A stretch of DNA of 64,000 nt. It comes from Diplonema japonicum. Its lineage: Eukaryota; Protista; Euglenozoa: Diplonemea. The translations under genes were made by a program, and so were the position numbers. The stretch lies in NCBI GenBank assembly GCA_964019335.1, contig OZ025662.1:682001-746000 (forward strand), read 5' to 3'. Shown in pieces: positions 12,681 through 26,582 of the stretch. Numbering within the stretch: position 1 is the first letter of the stretch; every line of letters starts with the position of its first letter. The notes beneath the pieces are model-generated. The model ran no database searches, had not been told where the DNA came from, and saw nothing but the letters and a program-made list of their open reading frames with translations.

Positions 12681-13136
12681 ATGAAGTGGGATGCGTGGTT
12701 TGTGCTGAGCTTTTGTATCAGTTTAGCTGTGTTTATCTTGGGTGTACTGGTGAAGGTGTTAGAAGATTATGATGCAGCGTGTACCTTGGTGGGCCTGGTG
12801 CTGACGGTAGCCCTAGCCGCTTGCACCGGCCAGGGGGTGTACGTGTGTCTCACTAAAGAGCTTGCGCTCTTGCGGGAAGCTGTAGAAAACCAAACCTTGG
12901 ACGAACTGCCCAACTTTAGATTTGGTGAGACCGCGCTACTCGCCCAGCTTCTCGTGCAGCGCCATGAGACCACCAACGCTATCAAGCGCTCCAGATCAGT
13001 CCCACAGATCACCCCGAAGAGGGAAGAGCAACTCGAGTTCCCCAACGAACCCCATGAACCCCCCACTCCGACCACTCCAGCAGCCCACGACGGGGCACCT
13101 CCATCGTGGCACAATGGATGGTGCTCACTTATGTAG
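12681..13136 (+). CDS. Small hypothetical membrane protein (2 TM helices)
   Basis: ATG follows a polypyrimidine tract and CAG; two hydrophobic N-terminal segments; coding-like GC content. Confidence 0.55.
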   Translation: MKWDAWFVLSFCISLAVFILGVLVKVLEDYDAACTLVGLVLTVALAACTGQGVYVCLTKELALLREAVENQTLDELPNFRFGETALLAQLLVQRHETTNAIKRSRSVPQITPKREEQLEFPNEPHEPPTPTTPAAHDGAPPSWHNGWCSLM

Positions 13137-13189
13137 CAGGGCTGTGTGTTTTTAATTCAGTACTTTTTTTCATATGGTTTTCGACAGTT

Positions 13190-13231
<42 letters not shown>

Positions 13232-13549
13232 ACCCTTGAGCAACAAACTCTGCGAACACTCTCGAGTGGGATGCGCCGCAACTTGTTTTGCTCAGTTGTC
13301 CGGTCAACAAGTTTCCGCCCATCGTAGTCAATTGCTGGTATCACGTTCCCCGCCCGGCACATAGTCACTGCCTCTGTATGGCTCAGCACTTATAAATTCT
13401 CTAACTGCGGGCTCAGAGCGCATCGGGCAGATGTGGGACCAGATCTTCAAAAGTTGTGCCAGCTGTGCATTGAAACTTTATCGTTTTGATGCATCAATGG
13501 GAGGAAGACAAAAAAAACCCCAACCGCAGCATATTTTACTACTATTAAC

Positions 13550-14491
13550 ATGTCTGAGCTTCGTTTCGATGGCCGTGTGGCGATTGTGACCGGTGCCGGT
13601 GGTGGTCTTGGCCGTTCCTACGCTCTGGAGCTCGCCAAGCGTGGCGCCAGCGTTGTGGTGAACGACCTGGGTGGGTCTGTGAAGGGAGCGGCCACCAATG
13701 ATAGTGGGAAGGTTGCCGACAAGGTGGTTGCGGAGATCGTTGCCGCCGGCGGGAAGGCTGCTGCAAACTACGACAGCGTAGAGAACGGCGAGGCCATCGT
13801 CCAGACCGCCATCAAGGCTTTTGGCAGAGTGGACATCGTGATCAACAACGCAGGCATCCTGAGGGACATCACCTTCAAGAGGATGACGGAGAACGACTGG
13901 GACCTCATCATGAAGGTGCACCTGAAGGGTTCCTACGCCGTGACCAAGGCAGCCTGGCCGTACATGAACGAGCAGAAGTACGGCAGGGTTGTGAACACTG
14001 CGTCAGCGGCTGGGCTTTACGGGAACGTGGGGCAGGTGAACTACTCCGCGGCAAAGATGGGACTGGTAGGGTTCTCCCAGTCGCTTGCTAAGGAAGGTGC
14101 GAAGAACAAGGTCTTCACAAATGCGATTGCACCCATTGCCGGGACAAGAATGACCGCCACCGTGATGCCCCCCGCCATGGTTGCTGCGCTCAAGCCGGAG
14201 TTCATCGTTCCCTTGACCCTCTTCCTGTGCCATGAGTCCTCGAAGGAGAACGGGTCCTACTATGAATGTGGTGCTGGTACCTACCACAAGGTGATGATCG
14301 CACGTGCCCCTGGTTATGTCAGCGACATCTGCTCCGGGCACGAGCCCTCGATGGAGGACGTGTCGGCCAACTGGAAGAAGATCAACGACATGAAGGGGCA
14401 CGAGCTTGTGAACAACAAAATGGGCCTTTCCAAGAACCCCTCCCTTACCAACATGATGAAGTTCACCAAGCACCAGCAGAGCAAGCTCTAA
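13550..14491 (+). CDS. Peroxisomal (3R)-hydroxyacyl-CoA dehydrogenase, stand-alone SDR domain of MFE-2/HSD17B4 type, with PTS1
   Basis: TGAGGGLG, VVVNDLGG, NNAGILRD and the YSAAK catalytic motif; C-terminal SKL. Confidence 0.92.
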   Translation: MSELRFDGRVAIVTGAGGGLGRSYALELAKRGASVVVNDLGGSVKGAATNDSGKVADKVVAEIVAAGGKAAANYDSVENGEAIVQTAIKAFGRVDIVINNAGILRDITFKRMTENDWDLIMKVHLKGSYAVTKAAWPYMNEQKYGRVVNTASAAGLYGNVGQVNYSAAKMGLVGFSQSLAKEGAKNKVFTNAIAPIAGTRMTATVMPPAMVAALKPEFIVPLTLFLCHESSKENGSYYECGAGTYHKVMIARAPGYVSDICSGHEPSMEDVSANWKKINDMKGHELVNNKMGLSKNPSLTNMMKFTKHQQSKL

Positions 14492-15235
14492 GAAAAAGAA
14501 ATTGGAAAAAAAATAAAAATTAAAAGGTAATAAAATGAAAATTTTCGGCAGGAAAAAACTATTTTCTCGACGGTTTTACAGTAAACGGTTTTTTTTTTCT
14601 TCTTTCTTTTTTTTTTTTAAATTGTTGCGTGTGAAAAGCATTTTGATGTGACTAAATAAAAGGTACGAGGAGGGGGGAGGGGGCGTAAGAAAAAAAAGAA
14701 ACACGGGGAAAGGGAAGGGAAACAAACAAACAAAAAAGAAAAGGAAACTGTATTATTCACAGTAAAGTACACACCCACTTTCTGCGATTTGCCTTTTTTT
14801 TCTTTGTCTGAACATAAGGAGAACGTTAGCTGTGAACGTGTTACGGGTTGATAAACTTCTCCAGGTTTCTACCCAGCACGTACAAACAACTATCGGTTCC
14901 TCTTTTCTTTCAGGTTGTTGTTGTTACTATTGAGTATTTCCCCTTTTCTTATTCTTCTTCTTTTTTACTCCCCCCCCTTCTCCTCCCCCCCCCCCCCCCT
15001 GTCCTTTTCTTTTTTTTTTCCTTCTTCTCCTCTCATTCAGTGCTCCCCCCAAAAAATAGTTGTTTGGTGGGGAATGATGTCCGGCCCTTTTCGTTTTTTT
15101 TTTTACTTTCTCTTTCTTTTTTTATTCTCCTTCTCCATTGCATTCCAAAAAAAGAAAAGCTTACATTTGGTGTGTTCCCCCTTTTTTAAATTCACAATCA
15201 CCTATCCATCAAAACAGGTTGAGGGATCGAACACA

Positions 15236-18200
15236 ATGCAAAGCAGTTTTGCTGGAAAGAAAGGACTGCCCAGCCCAGAAAACCCGCACTTAAAGCTGAC
15301 AGGAGGGGAGATCAACATCTCAAAGGATGACGTGGAGGAGGTGGTAACACTGCTGCAAGGAGTGAAGGAAGGGGGTGGGGGCGACAGGGCGGTAGTGGGG
15401 GCTGTGTTGAGTGCCGCTGCGAAGTTCACGGACCCGCCTACACTGCGGGCGGCTACTGTTAGCTGGCTTGAAAGAAAAAAGAACCCTATGACTGACGAGG
15501 ACAGAAAATTCAGCGATGGCATAGCTAATGCCAAGCCTGCAAACAACCCCAAAGAGGTTGTCCTCACACACTTCTATGACGCAGCCTACACCCCACCCTT
15601 CCCTGTTGAAGAGCTTCACCAGGATATCTCTACGTGGTGCACGCCTACAGGCGAGATCTGGAACAACACTGCCATCAACGACCTGCAGGCAAACTGTAAC
15701 CTCGTCCTCACCCACCACTCCAACAACCAACCCCCCCAGGTCGTCACTCCTCTCTGGCTCTACTCCGCTTCTCAGCTCGGCCGCCACAAGCTCTGGGCCA
15801 CATGGGTCACTCCCTCCGACAACATCGAGGGGGCGCGGTGGAAGGCTGTGCCAGGCAACTTGATCGAGAAATGCATGCAGCCGGACGGCGCACTCCTCCT
15901 CGACCCTTCGTGGATGAAAGCTTACAACTTCCCAGCAGGCTCCATCCCTGCCAGTGTTGCCATGGGCCTGGAGGCTGATCCTTACCCTAGTGAGCTGCGT
16001 GGCGAAGCGTCCGTTGTCGACTTCAGGTGGTCCCACACAGAAACGAAATGCAACATTGCAGCACACAAACATTTCTACCTAGTAAGGTACGAGTGTCTGT
16101 GCCTGGGCAACGGGCAGTGGTCCCCTCTGCACGATGTAGTCATGTGGCTACCAAGGCCTTCTGAAAACGGCCTTGCGATCAATATCGGGGAGCTGCCACC
16201 ATCGGGGGTCTTGGAATACCTGTACAGTAGGGGTGTCGAGGAGGAGATCCTGTGGCCCTTGCAACAGCACGGCTGGACAGCAAAGCTGTGCTACGGTACA
16301 GTCATGGCCATGTTCAGTGCGAAGTGTTTTGCGGAGCCCGACCAGCAGATGTACAACCCTGCCCTCCATGACAGGTTCAAGGACCTTTGCTCCGTGCTGT
16401 TGGGACAGAAAAAGAGCGAAGATGTGAAGCACACATTTGAGTGGTTACTCGACTCACGGGAGGGCAATGACATCAGCAGCATGATGCAGGAGATGGATGC
16501 CCTCTCTGGCATCATCCCTCAAAGCCTCCTCGACGTGAAGTTAAAAGGCAATGCTGACCCTCCGCCGGGTGTTCTGGCACACGCTACGGAAGTACAAGAG
16601 TTGGCATGGGGTGGAAAGAAGTTCCTTGTAGCCCTGTCCGGCGAGCATCCTTGTGTATGCGTCGGTGGCACCGCCTACGAGCTGTTCCGCGTAAACGACA
16701 CGTATGAAGACCAGATCTTCTGGCACATGAACTATGCCATGCGAAGCAAACAGTTCGGGACCGAGACATCGCTCAGTATTAAGGAAGGGCCTGCAGCCGG
16801 AAAGTATCTGCCTCCGCCACAGGAAGAGGTAGCTTCTGAGATCACCAAGTGGAACGATGACTGGGACGGTCAGGACGACGACGACTCTGTTGCAGCCGCA
16901 CGTGCAGCGCCTGTTACATACACCCGTGTCGCACTCCCGCCTTGCACTGCGCAGTGGGACGGCTACACATGGAGCTACTCCCTTGAAGGGTCAGTGCCTG
17001 TAACGCTGCAAAACTTCAATGTTTGGTTGTCACTCGGAACATGGCTGCTACCCCAAGCAATACCATTGATATATTACTTGGACAAAGCGCTGGCAGTACT
17101 TTCTGAGATAGATGGCTGCCGAGCACCAGCCAATCTTGTTGTGTACCGTGGGCTGAGGGGCGTGACCCTTCCGAGGACTGTCTACGACGACAACAAGGTA
17201 GTGCTGTGGTCTGCGTATTCATCCGCATCTTCGGATAGGGGTGTTGCCAGCAGTTTTGCTCGGGGCGAAGCGGCTGCGGCAGTGTTCGCTTTGACGGGTA
17301 AAACATGTGTGTGCATTTCGCACTGGTCCAGGTTCGGAAGGGAACGAGAGTGGCTTTACCCCCCGAACACGACATTTCAAGTGACCTCAACCCTCAGTGA
17401 GGAGCAGGCAAAGATACTAAAATTAGACAAGCTGCAGCTATTCACTATGAATGAGGTCAGTATTCTAGACACCCTCCTCGTCTACTTGAGATCCCTAGTC
17501 AATGTTGTGGCAGCGACTGTGGAGGGTTCTGTCATGCCACGGCACGTGGAACAGATTTTCGGTGTGATGAAGTACCTGACGACAGGAAAGCTCACAGAAG
17601 CTCTGGAAATATGTCTTGATCCAAAATTACCCGTTCTAAAGACGCAGCAAGGTGCAGAGATATGTGGCATGCTGGTACGCATGGGTGCCAACCGCAGTAC
17701 CTTCGCTTCTACCGCCTTGTCTCTAGACGACCCTGATCCTGTGACCTTCATGTACCTCGTGAGGGCTGGTGCCAGCTTTGAAGACGCCCAGCAATGGATG
17801 AGCCATTATGAGACTACAGCGAGGGAGCACGTGATGAACATCGGCATGCTCATCATAAGCGAGACGCTCGAGAGAGCCGACATTCGTGAGGAGTGCTCTC
17901 TTCAGTTCGAAAATACACAACACGAGTACGAAGCTGCCACGAACCTTGCCCTTGGGCACATCACAACGGTAAGCGTCACAAGGTTACACGGGGAGTATGC
18001 ACACATGAACGGGGTCTACACTCTGGATCTTCCGCGTGTTTTCATGTGCCCTGGGTTCCATGAATGCAAGGAGCTGGGCTGGACTCTTGATGCAACACGT
18101 CCGTGGGGCGTCTTTGTTGTGAAAGCCACATCGAGACCTGCATCAACATGGGGACTTACCTCAGGATCCCGCGTAATATCTATGTGCAAAGACGGCGTCG

Positions 18201-21091
18201 AGACCAAGCTGCAGGGTCTCAGTAGTGTCGATGGTATTATCGCTGAACTGAAGGGCGGCTCGCCATCCCCGGTGACGCTGCACATAGAAGAGAAACCGCA
18301 GTATTCTATGATGAACCCGACACGCTTCCTGTCATACTGCACCATCACCCTTGAGCTGAACGGGGAGTGGCGCATTAAAGACGCAGAGCTTAGGCAGAAA
18401 GAATCTGAGAAGCACCCAGATTGGGACACATGGATTCCTGTGGGCAGGTGGAAGGGGAAATATGACAAAACAAGCACTCCATATGAATGGCTGCTAGGGC
18501 AGTGGGCACAGAGGTCACAGCATCAATATCAGTGGTACATAACGGGGCCTGTGACTTCGGCGATCGCTTTGTGTGGCGGTGTGACGGAATACGGCTGGGT
18601 ACACGAGGGGTTGCTGCGGTACACCGTAGAAGAAGATGTAGAGACCATCAAGCCGATCAAAACACTGTACGACGACACACAATTGCTAGAACAGGCCAGA
18701 CACAGCCTCATAGAAATGGAAGAGGGGGACCTCGACACAAGAGAGACTCAAGTGGCTATTCCCAACCTCTTCAAATCCACCAAGGTGCTCCCTGATGGCG
18801 TTCACGCAATGCACCGTGTCAGCGAAGGGTGGGTCCTTGTCAACCACACCACCCTTCTGACGTACACCTTGGAGCGTGTGAGAGTAGAAGGCGTGTACCC
18901 CTATGTGACAGCATGCGACTCTGTAACCACGTGCAAAGACGGCAACACCGTCATGGCACCCAAAGAGGAATCCCTGAAGCGGCAAGGATTCTTCTCCTAC
19001 TCGTTTCAGCCGTACGATGACACCGTTCCCTTCGTACTCAAGGGCATGGGAAACACGAAGAAGTGGACCCCAAGGGATTGTGGCGGCGGCGCGTTCACGT
19101 ATTGCCGAAGCAAGAGTTTCATCGGAGAAAACCGTCCTAAGCTTCTTGAATCGGGAACAGCGAGAATTGTGGGGAGGTGCAAGGTACGCGGGATGGATGA
19201 GAACGATGCATCGGTAGAGGGGTGGAGTGTCGAGGACATGCCGGAGTCGATAGAACTGAGGGACGGAACGGTGGTGAAACCGTGCTGCAACATTGCAAGA
19301 TATGAATGGGACTGGTGGCACGTTGTCGATGTAGAACAGTACAGGAAGAAGGTCAAAGAACCGCGGTTTAGAAACCAAAGCACCGAGTGGTTCAATGCGC
19401 AACAGAAATCAGGGGAAGCTTTTGAAGCACTTCTTAGCAACCCCGACATCGCCCCAATGAAGAAGCACGTCGAGCAGTACGAGAAGAGGATGTTAGTGAG
19501 GAACATCTACACCGCGCAATACATGTGCGATGAGGCGGGGAACATCCCACCAGATCTGCCTGACATCAAATCCCTATGGGATCAGGACAACATGCATAAC
19601 TTGAAGACTGCATTAGAAGAATACGAGGAAGCTGTAAAGCTCGCTGTGAAGAAGCCAGTAAAGGTAGTTGATGAACTGAAGGAATCAAAGGTCGATGAGG
19701 GGGGTACTTTCAGGAGCATTGGGGGCGACACGGGCCTCATCAGTTTGCACATAGGCCAGGCAGGCGTACAGATAGGCGATGCACTGTGGGATCTCTATAG
19801 TCGTGAGCATGAGATTTGCAACACGGATGTAGCTGACCGTGTATCGTCCTTGCTGTTCCGGGAGTTGAGTGATGGGTCTTTTAGGCCAAGGGCGCTCTTC
19901 ATTGACACTGACCCGAGCACGGTGGACAATCTGAAAACTAAATGGTTATTCGACAGTTCTAATTACATTAAAGGAAAGCAATGTTCTAGTGACATTTACT
20001 CCCGTGGTTTTAACTGTGAAGGGAAAGAGATCTTCAACGCCACAGTTGCAGCGCTCAACAGGCAGTTGGAAGAGTGCGACAGAGTCACGGGGTTCCACAT
20101 TACGCATGCTGGCGGAGGCGGCACTGGCGGCGGGTTCCAAAACCTGCTTTCCGAGCTCCTGCAAGTAGAGTACGGCAGGGTGCCAGTTCATAACTTCACA
20201 GTGCTCTCAAATGAGTCGTCCTCCCCTACAGGGGTTTATAATACAATATTCACGTTGGAGAGCCTCCTGTCGCATCAACACAGGATGGTCACGATTTTCG
20301 ATAACGGGAGGCTGCAGAGTATGACTTGTTACATAACCCCCGTTACTCAGAAACCACAGGGTTGTGCGCTACTCGACTGGGTTTGAAGGATGCCACATAC
20401 CATCACATGAACCACATGGTGGCACAGGTATGCCTGGTTGTTTTTACATTCTCTCTAGTTCATGAGCTCCCTGACTTCTTCTATCCGCCTCACGCGAGTG
20501 GTGGGTGACATTAGGTGTGACATAGGCGACACGAACACTTCGCTGGTGCCATATCCAAATCTGAGGTTTACATGCCCTACATTTGTGCCGTGTTTGGGTG
20601 AAAAGGAGGACGAGAGGCCGAGGGTTGAGCAGCTGGTGGTCGAGGCTCACGATCCAAACTGCTGTATGGTGCCCCTGTCGGGCAAACGGAACCTATTCAG
20701 TAGCGCCTTGTACCTAAAAGGAAGAATGGCTCACTGCAACATCCTTATAGCCGCCAATGCTGTGCGCTACTGCGACAGGATGAACGAGATTCCCCCTTGG
20801 TCATCGCGGATAGCTATCTCGCAGGTGCCTCCCAAGTTCGTGCCTGGCTGCGGTATTGCTGCGGTCCCTCGTACCTGTGCGTACCTCCAGAACACCTCTG
20901 GCATCATCAATTATTTCGACAGGTATAGCCACCAGTTTGACCTCCTGTTCAGCAAACGAGCTTTCTGTCACTGGTATTCCAGTGAGGAAGGGAGCTTCTC
21001 CGAGGCGCGGATGAGCGTCGCAGGGCTTGTTAAGGATTATGAGATGTCATTCGACGAGCCTGAGCAAGAGTCCGATGAATGGGAGGGATAA
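15236..21091 (+). CDS. ADP-ribosyltransferase-tubulin fusion protein 1 (~1927 aa)
   Basis: Exons 15236-20318, 20360-20427 and 20459-21091. ART motifs YRG, YSSAS and FGREREWLYPP. Tubulin domain from about 19733: LHIGQAGVQIG, RPRALFIDTDP, GGGTGGG, FDN, LVPYP, KRAFCHWY..EGSFSEAR. Confidence 0.88.
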
Positions 21092-21232
21092 ACTCTGCTG
21101 CTTTTCCAAGCAGGTGTCCATAGTTGTCGGTGCCAACATCATGCTCGGCGCTGTTTTTTCACTCAGCGCTGTTTTTTCATGTATTTTCTTCGCTGTTCGT
21201 ACTTCATTGAGTGTAGCTAACAGGTTTTCGGG

Positions 21233-24200
21233 ATGAAACGGAAGCAGAGCATAACCGCAGGATGCACCAAGGAAGTAAGCGGCATTCTGAAAGGGTTGAA
21301 TGAAGTTGTTGACGATAGCCGTGTGGTGGTGGAGACGCTCCTGGGTGCTGTAGGTGAAGTGGTGGATGGTCATGTAATGCGCAAGAAGGTGGTGTCGTGG
21401 TTTGACGAAAAGGGTGTGGGTGAGGAGGAAGACAAGAAGTTCAGCGATGGGATCGCCAACGCGTCAGAGGCTACTCCCGAGATGCTCTCCACGGTGTCGT
21501 TTTACAATGGCTCCTACGTGCCCAGCATCTCAGGCATCGATCTGTGTGACTCAGTGGGCACCTGGTTCCTTCCTACGCGAGTCCTCTGGAAGCCCGAAAC
21601 GATCACAGACCTCAAAGGCAACTGCAAGATGATGCTAGACCATCACAACTACGGCATGCCCTCCCTCGTTGTCCCCTTTGTTCTGTACTCCGCTTCTCAG
21701 AAAGGCCAGCGGTACGTATGGTCTGTATGGATAGTCCCCCGTGACCCTGAGCAACCAGGAAAATGGAAGTCTGTGAAGTCCGCGGAGCTCGAGGAGGCAT
21801 TTAGCACATCTGGTGGTACCTTCGAACTTGACCCTGCTTGGTTCCCAAAGAAACTGGGTCTGCACTCGAAACACGTGCCCGATGACCCCATCACATTCAC
21901 AGAAGTTGAAGAAGCCTCCCATGCAGAAGGCTTTTCCCTCCATGCGCATTTTGCCTCGCGGTTTGTGCTCGTGCGGTACGCGCTCAAGCAAAGAGGCGCG
22001 CCTCTGTGGAGTCCTGTGCACGATACAATATCCTGGCTCCCGACACCCAACCTTGACACCAACACCTTCACCACGTCAATGAACACCATCCTCCCGCCAG
22101 GCGTTATAGAGTACCTCTACTCCCGTGAGCCTTCACAGCCGATTACTTGGCCTGGGTGGGAAGCTAGCTATGCCCTTGGTCTGCCTGCCGCTGCTCTCGT
22201 GAGTAAGTGCTTTGCAGAACCCAACCAACAGGACTACAATAAGTCGCTTCATGAAGAAGTGCTTGCTCTGGTCGACAGCATCGTGGATGACAACAAAGAG
22301 CAACGCGAGAACATCGGAAACATGCTGGCGTCCTGGGCGCTGAACAACAACGCTACCATCGACGTTCCACATGTGGACGAAGAGTTGGTACGCCCTATGC
22401 TTCGGCAGATTGTTGGGGCAAAGCTGGGGAGGGAGGAGAAACCTCCCCCAGCGATGCTTGCACACTGCCTTGAGGTGCAGAAGGTGCAATGGAACGGTAG
22501 TATTTACCTCGTGGCCTTGTCAGGGAGCAACCCGCTGGTCACATCCACGGACGGAAATGTCTCGGTGGTCTCCCGCATGGCAGACTTGTACGATGACCAG
22601 ATATTCTGGCAGCTGAACAGAGCTATGCGTATGAAACAGTTCGGTGTCGAGCCGCATCTCCAGGTCAGTGCCCCGGACATGAAAGGGAATTACTACTTAA
22701 AAGCAGATGTCCCCAACACTATCGAAGAGTGCGAGGGTTTGGCTTTCCAGCATGACGGCGGTGCAAGGTTAAGCCTGCAACAAGGTTCATGGACGGGGTG
22801 TACACACAATAAACTGCATAGTCGCTTCGTGTGGTTCGAGAGTGGCACATGGCTCCTCAAGCAAATGCTGCCTCTGCAGTATCACATAGACAAGGCTCTG
22901 AAGGAGGCAGGAACCCTCAAGGGATCCAAGGCACCACCTGGACTTACCACATATCGAGGCCTTAAAGATGTTGCGCTGGACAGGTCTATCTATGACACTG
23001 GAAAGGTTGTGCTGTGGGGTGCATACTCGAGTACATCTGGTGACAGGGGTATTGCTGCTGCCTTTGCGCAGACAGACGGTAAAGCTGCAGTGTTCAGTCT
23101 CACAGGAAAGAACTGTGTGTGCATCTCGAAATGGTCTAGATTCGGAAGGGAGCGGGAATGGCTGTACCCCCCGAACTCGGCATTCCAGGTAACATCTTCC
23201 CTGTCAGAGGAGCACGCAGAGCTCGCAGGGAAAAAGGACTTGCAGATCTTTTCGATGAACGAAGTAGACGAGGTGGACGCACTAATCGTATATCTGAGAG
23301 GGCTTGTGAACAAGGTTGTGACACAGGCAAACAACGCGGCGGACGAAGCTAAGAAGATGCCAAGACACGTCGAACAGCTGTTCAAGGTGATGCTGGGCCT
23401 TGTCAAGTACAAGAACACCAAAGAAGACATTGACCTCAACACAGCATTGGCTGCTGTTTGCGAGTATGTCGTCACTTTAGCACACAGCACCCCACAGCCC
23501 TGAGGAACAGGTCTTGTACACAGCAGAGGGTTCTGGTTTATCAAGAAAGCTACTCGCTATGGGTGCTAGCAGGTTCGCCTTGTCAAACATTGCAAGACGC
23601 AAGGTGGGCCCTGTCCCGAACGTGCTGGGGAGGCTCGTCGATGCGGGTGCTCCCTTCGAAGGTGCGAACGGTGCTGTCGGCTGGATGGGCGAGTTCGAGT
23701 CACAAAGCAGGTCGCTGTTCGAGACGGGCGTCAAGCTCCAGAAGCAGCAGCTCGTAAAGTACCTTCACCTCCGTCTGGAAGAGGAACGTGAGTGTAGGAT
23801 CCTCCAGGACAACAACGACAGTCTGCTGCAGGTCACGCAACACGCAGAAGCGCTGTGCGTCTCAGGGTTGTACGGTGATAGGAATTACTACAACGGATAC
23901 TATGTAAGAAACCGCAGCAAGGGGAGAGTGTTCACACAGGTCAGTCCGATCAGGCTCTTGTCGTACTGCGAGATACACTACGACACCAAGAGACAGGGCA
24001 TTGGGGAGTGGCTTCTCACCGACAGCACGACACGGGCACTGCTGTCACGCAACAAAGAAGTTAATTGGTTGTCGGGAAGCTTCAAGCTTGAAGGGCAGTG
24101 GGGTTTGGCCGGTGGGGCCAAGCAAGAGGGAAAAGGGTTCCCATTCGTCACTGTTCTCACAACGAATCCACAGGAGGTGATTTGTGCGAGGCCCGACAGC

Positions 24201-26421
24201 TACGACGAGGAGAAGGAGGAGGTATGTTACCACACGCAGTTCATGCATACAGATGCTGCGGCTGGCTAAAGAGCCGCCCTTACCAAGAGACAGGTACTCA
24301 GATGAAGATGAAGATGAATTTGAAGGGGATGACGGCGACAGCTGGTTTTGGGAAGAGGCTGCCCAGAATGTCGAGAAGCGTCCCCTTAAGCCCGTCACCA
24401 CTGCAGTGGACCAAAACATGCTAAAGGCACCTTCCATGTTTCGCAACTCAAACAGATGCGAGCTGAAAGCCTCCGACTGGGGGGGTACAGGATTCGGCTT
24501 CGAGCATTCTTGGCGGAACGAAAACACTCGCCCACTAGTCGTACGGGCAGGGTTCCTCAGAGCTGTTCATGGGTCAGGATTCAAGTGTGGTGTCTTCAAG
24601 TCGAAGAAAACGTCTAGTAATTGTGTAATAAGCAAAAAAACTTCCAAACCGCTGAGGCACGAGCTTAAACCATGGGAAAGGGAACGCGCCAGCGTACTGA
24701 AAGCTTACGACGCGCTGATGGCAGCAGCGGAAGAAAGTGCAACGCCAGAGGTTGTGCAGATTAAATACCAGTTAGCCGAGAAGAAAAGCATAGCATACAG
24801 GCTGTTTGGTCTTACTGAGAATGTGCACCCTTCGCCTGTGCGTGAACTTTGGCAGAAGGACGATACGGGTGCTGCAATGCAGGAAAAGATTGTTGAAATC
24901 CTCGAGGCTGCTGACCCCGACAGTTTGAGTTTTGAGCAGAGGTTGCTGATGTTTCCAGAGACCATTGAGGCTCTGAAGCGCAAGACGCTGCTGCAGATGA
25001 AGCCGCCGCTGTCTCCTAAGGAAAAGACTGAACTGCCGCCGCTGCCCGACGTGACCCCGTTGGGCGGCAGCAGGGGTATCATCAACATTCACATCGGGCA
25101 AGCTGGGTGTCAAATAGGCAGTGCCTGTTGGGAGCTGTTTTGCCTTGACCACGAGATAGGGATCGACGGCTACCCAGACCCAGAGGCACACGGCGGCGAT
25201 CATGACCCGAGGTACCTTTTCGATGAAAGGAAGAACGGCAAATGGCGGCCAAGGGCGGTGTTTGTGGACATGGACCCGACCGTAGTCGGCAACTCGCAAG
25301 AAGTAAGCCGCATCAACAATGTGGTGCTGAAGGAGAACAACGTCATCGGGAAACAAGAGTGCGGTGACAATTATGCCGATGGCTACTACAGCAACAAACC
25401 GATGCAGGCTGTGGCCATCGATCGGATGAGGAAGCTTTTTGAGGCGTGTGATGTGTCGCTTGGAGTGCAGATCACGCACTCCCTTGGAGGTGGGTGCGGA
25501 AGCGGCTTTGGGAGTGCCATTTTGCACGACCTGAAGGAGTACACCAGAAGGCCCATCCACTGCTACACCGTGATGCCATCACCGAAGGTGTCAAATGGCG
25601 TGACGGAGCTGTACAATTGGGTCTTGGCTGTGCCCGACATCAACGAGGTGGCATCCATGTGTGCCATGTATGACAACGAGTCTTTGTACTTCGCGACGCT
25701 CATGAACATGGGGATGAAGGATCCGAAGTTCACAGACATGAACAGGATAATAGCGCAGTCCCTGTCGTCGGTGACAGCAACCATCCGTCTGAGCTCACGA
25801 ATGTCATTACGCAGCATGGAGCACGTGGGGACGAACCTGTGTCCGTTCCCGAGGACTAATTTCATGACAACTGCCTTCGCACCATTGTTTTCGGCGACGA
25901 AGTGTGCGTTCCCAAAGTCGAGCTTCAAGGCGCTGGCAACTATGGCTTCTGCGGTGCTTCATCCTAGCGGGTCGTTAGTTTCAGTTGATCAGCGGAAGGG
26001 GAAGGCCATTGCAACCTCTTTGAACTTCCGCGGCGATGTGGAACCGAGCGATGCCCTCGCCGTGCTGACCGCCTACAGACAGAACCGCGACATCGTCCGA
26101 GTGGACTACACACCATGCGATATCAAGAGCACCATCTGCAGCAAGCTGCCCATCGTTGCCAAGGGCTCCGCCATGCAGAAGACTACACGCAACATCTCCC
26201 TGCTCATGAACACCACAGCAACAGGAGGCATGATGCAGACATCCTTCAAGCGTGCGAACCAGCTGTTCTGCAAACGTGCCTTTGTCCATTGGTACTGCCG
26301 TGTTGGAATGGAAGAAGGCGAGTTCAGCGAAAAGTTTGAAGGTGTGGCTGCCCTTATTAGGTCTTATGAAGAATTAGGCAAGGAACCAGAATATGAAGAA
26401 GAGGAAGAGGACTACTACTGA
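21233..26421 (+). CDS. ADP-ribosyltransferase-tubulin fusion protein 2 (~1707 aa)
   Basis: Exons 21233-23463, 23498-24221 and 24253-26421. Splicing of intron 1 restores the CDP..VL motif shared with the paralogues. ART motifs YRG, YSSTS and FGREREW. Tubulin from about 25072: IHIGQAGCQIGSACWELFCLDH, GGGCGSG, KRAFVHWY..GMEEGEFSE, tail EEEEEDYY. Confidence 0.88.
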
Positions 26422-26582
26422 CAAAACTACATCAACTGTATCATATGTGGTCGTGTTCCCTTTTACGAGGGGATGTTACTGCTTTTACATCTAATCTATT
26501 ACTTGTGAAATCTTTTTTTTTCTCTTGTTTGTGAAATCTATTATCCTTCGTTGTAGATATTTTTTTCAGTACGGTTGGGAAG

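Noticed and set aside
14915-15235. Hydrophobic N-terminal extension suggesting a signal peptide on ART-tubulin 1
   Set aside because: It is translated poly(T)/poly(C) intergenic DNA. The paralogues start at the position equivalent to ATG 15236, so there is no evidence for secretion.
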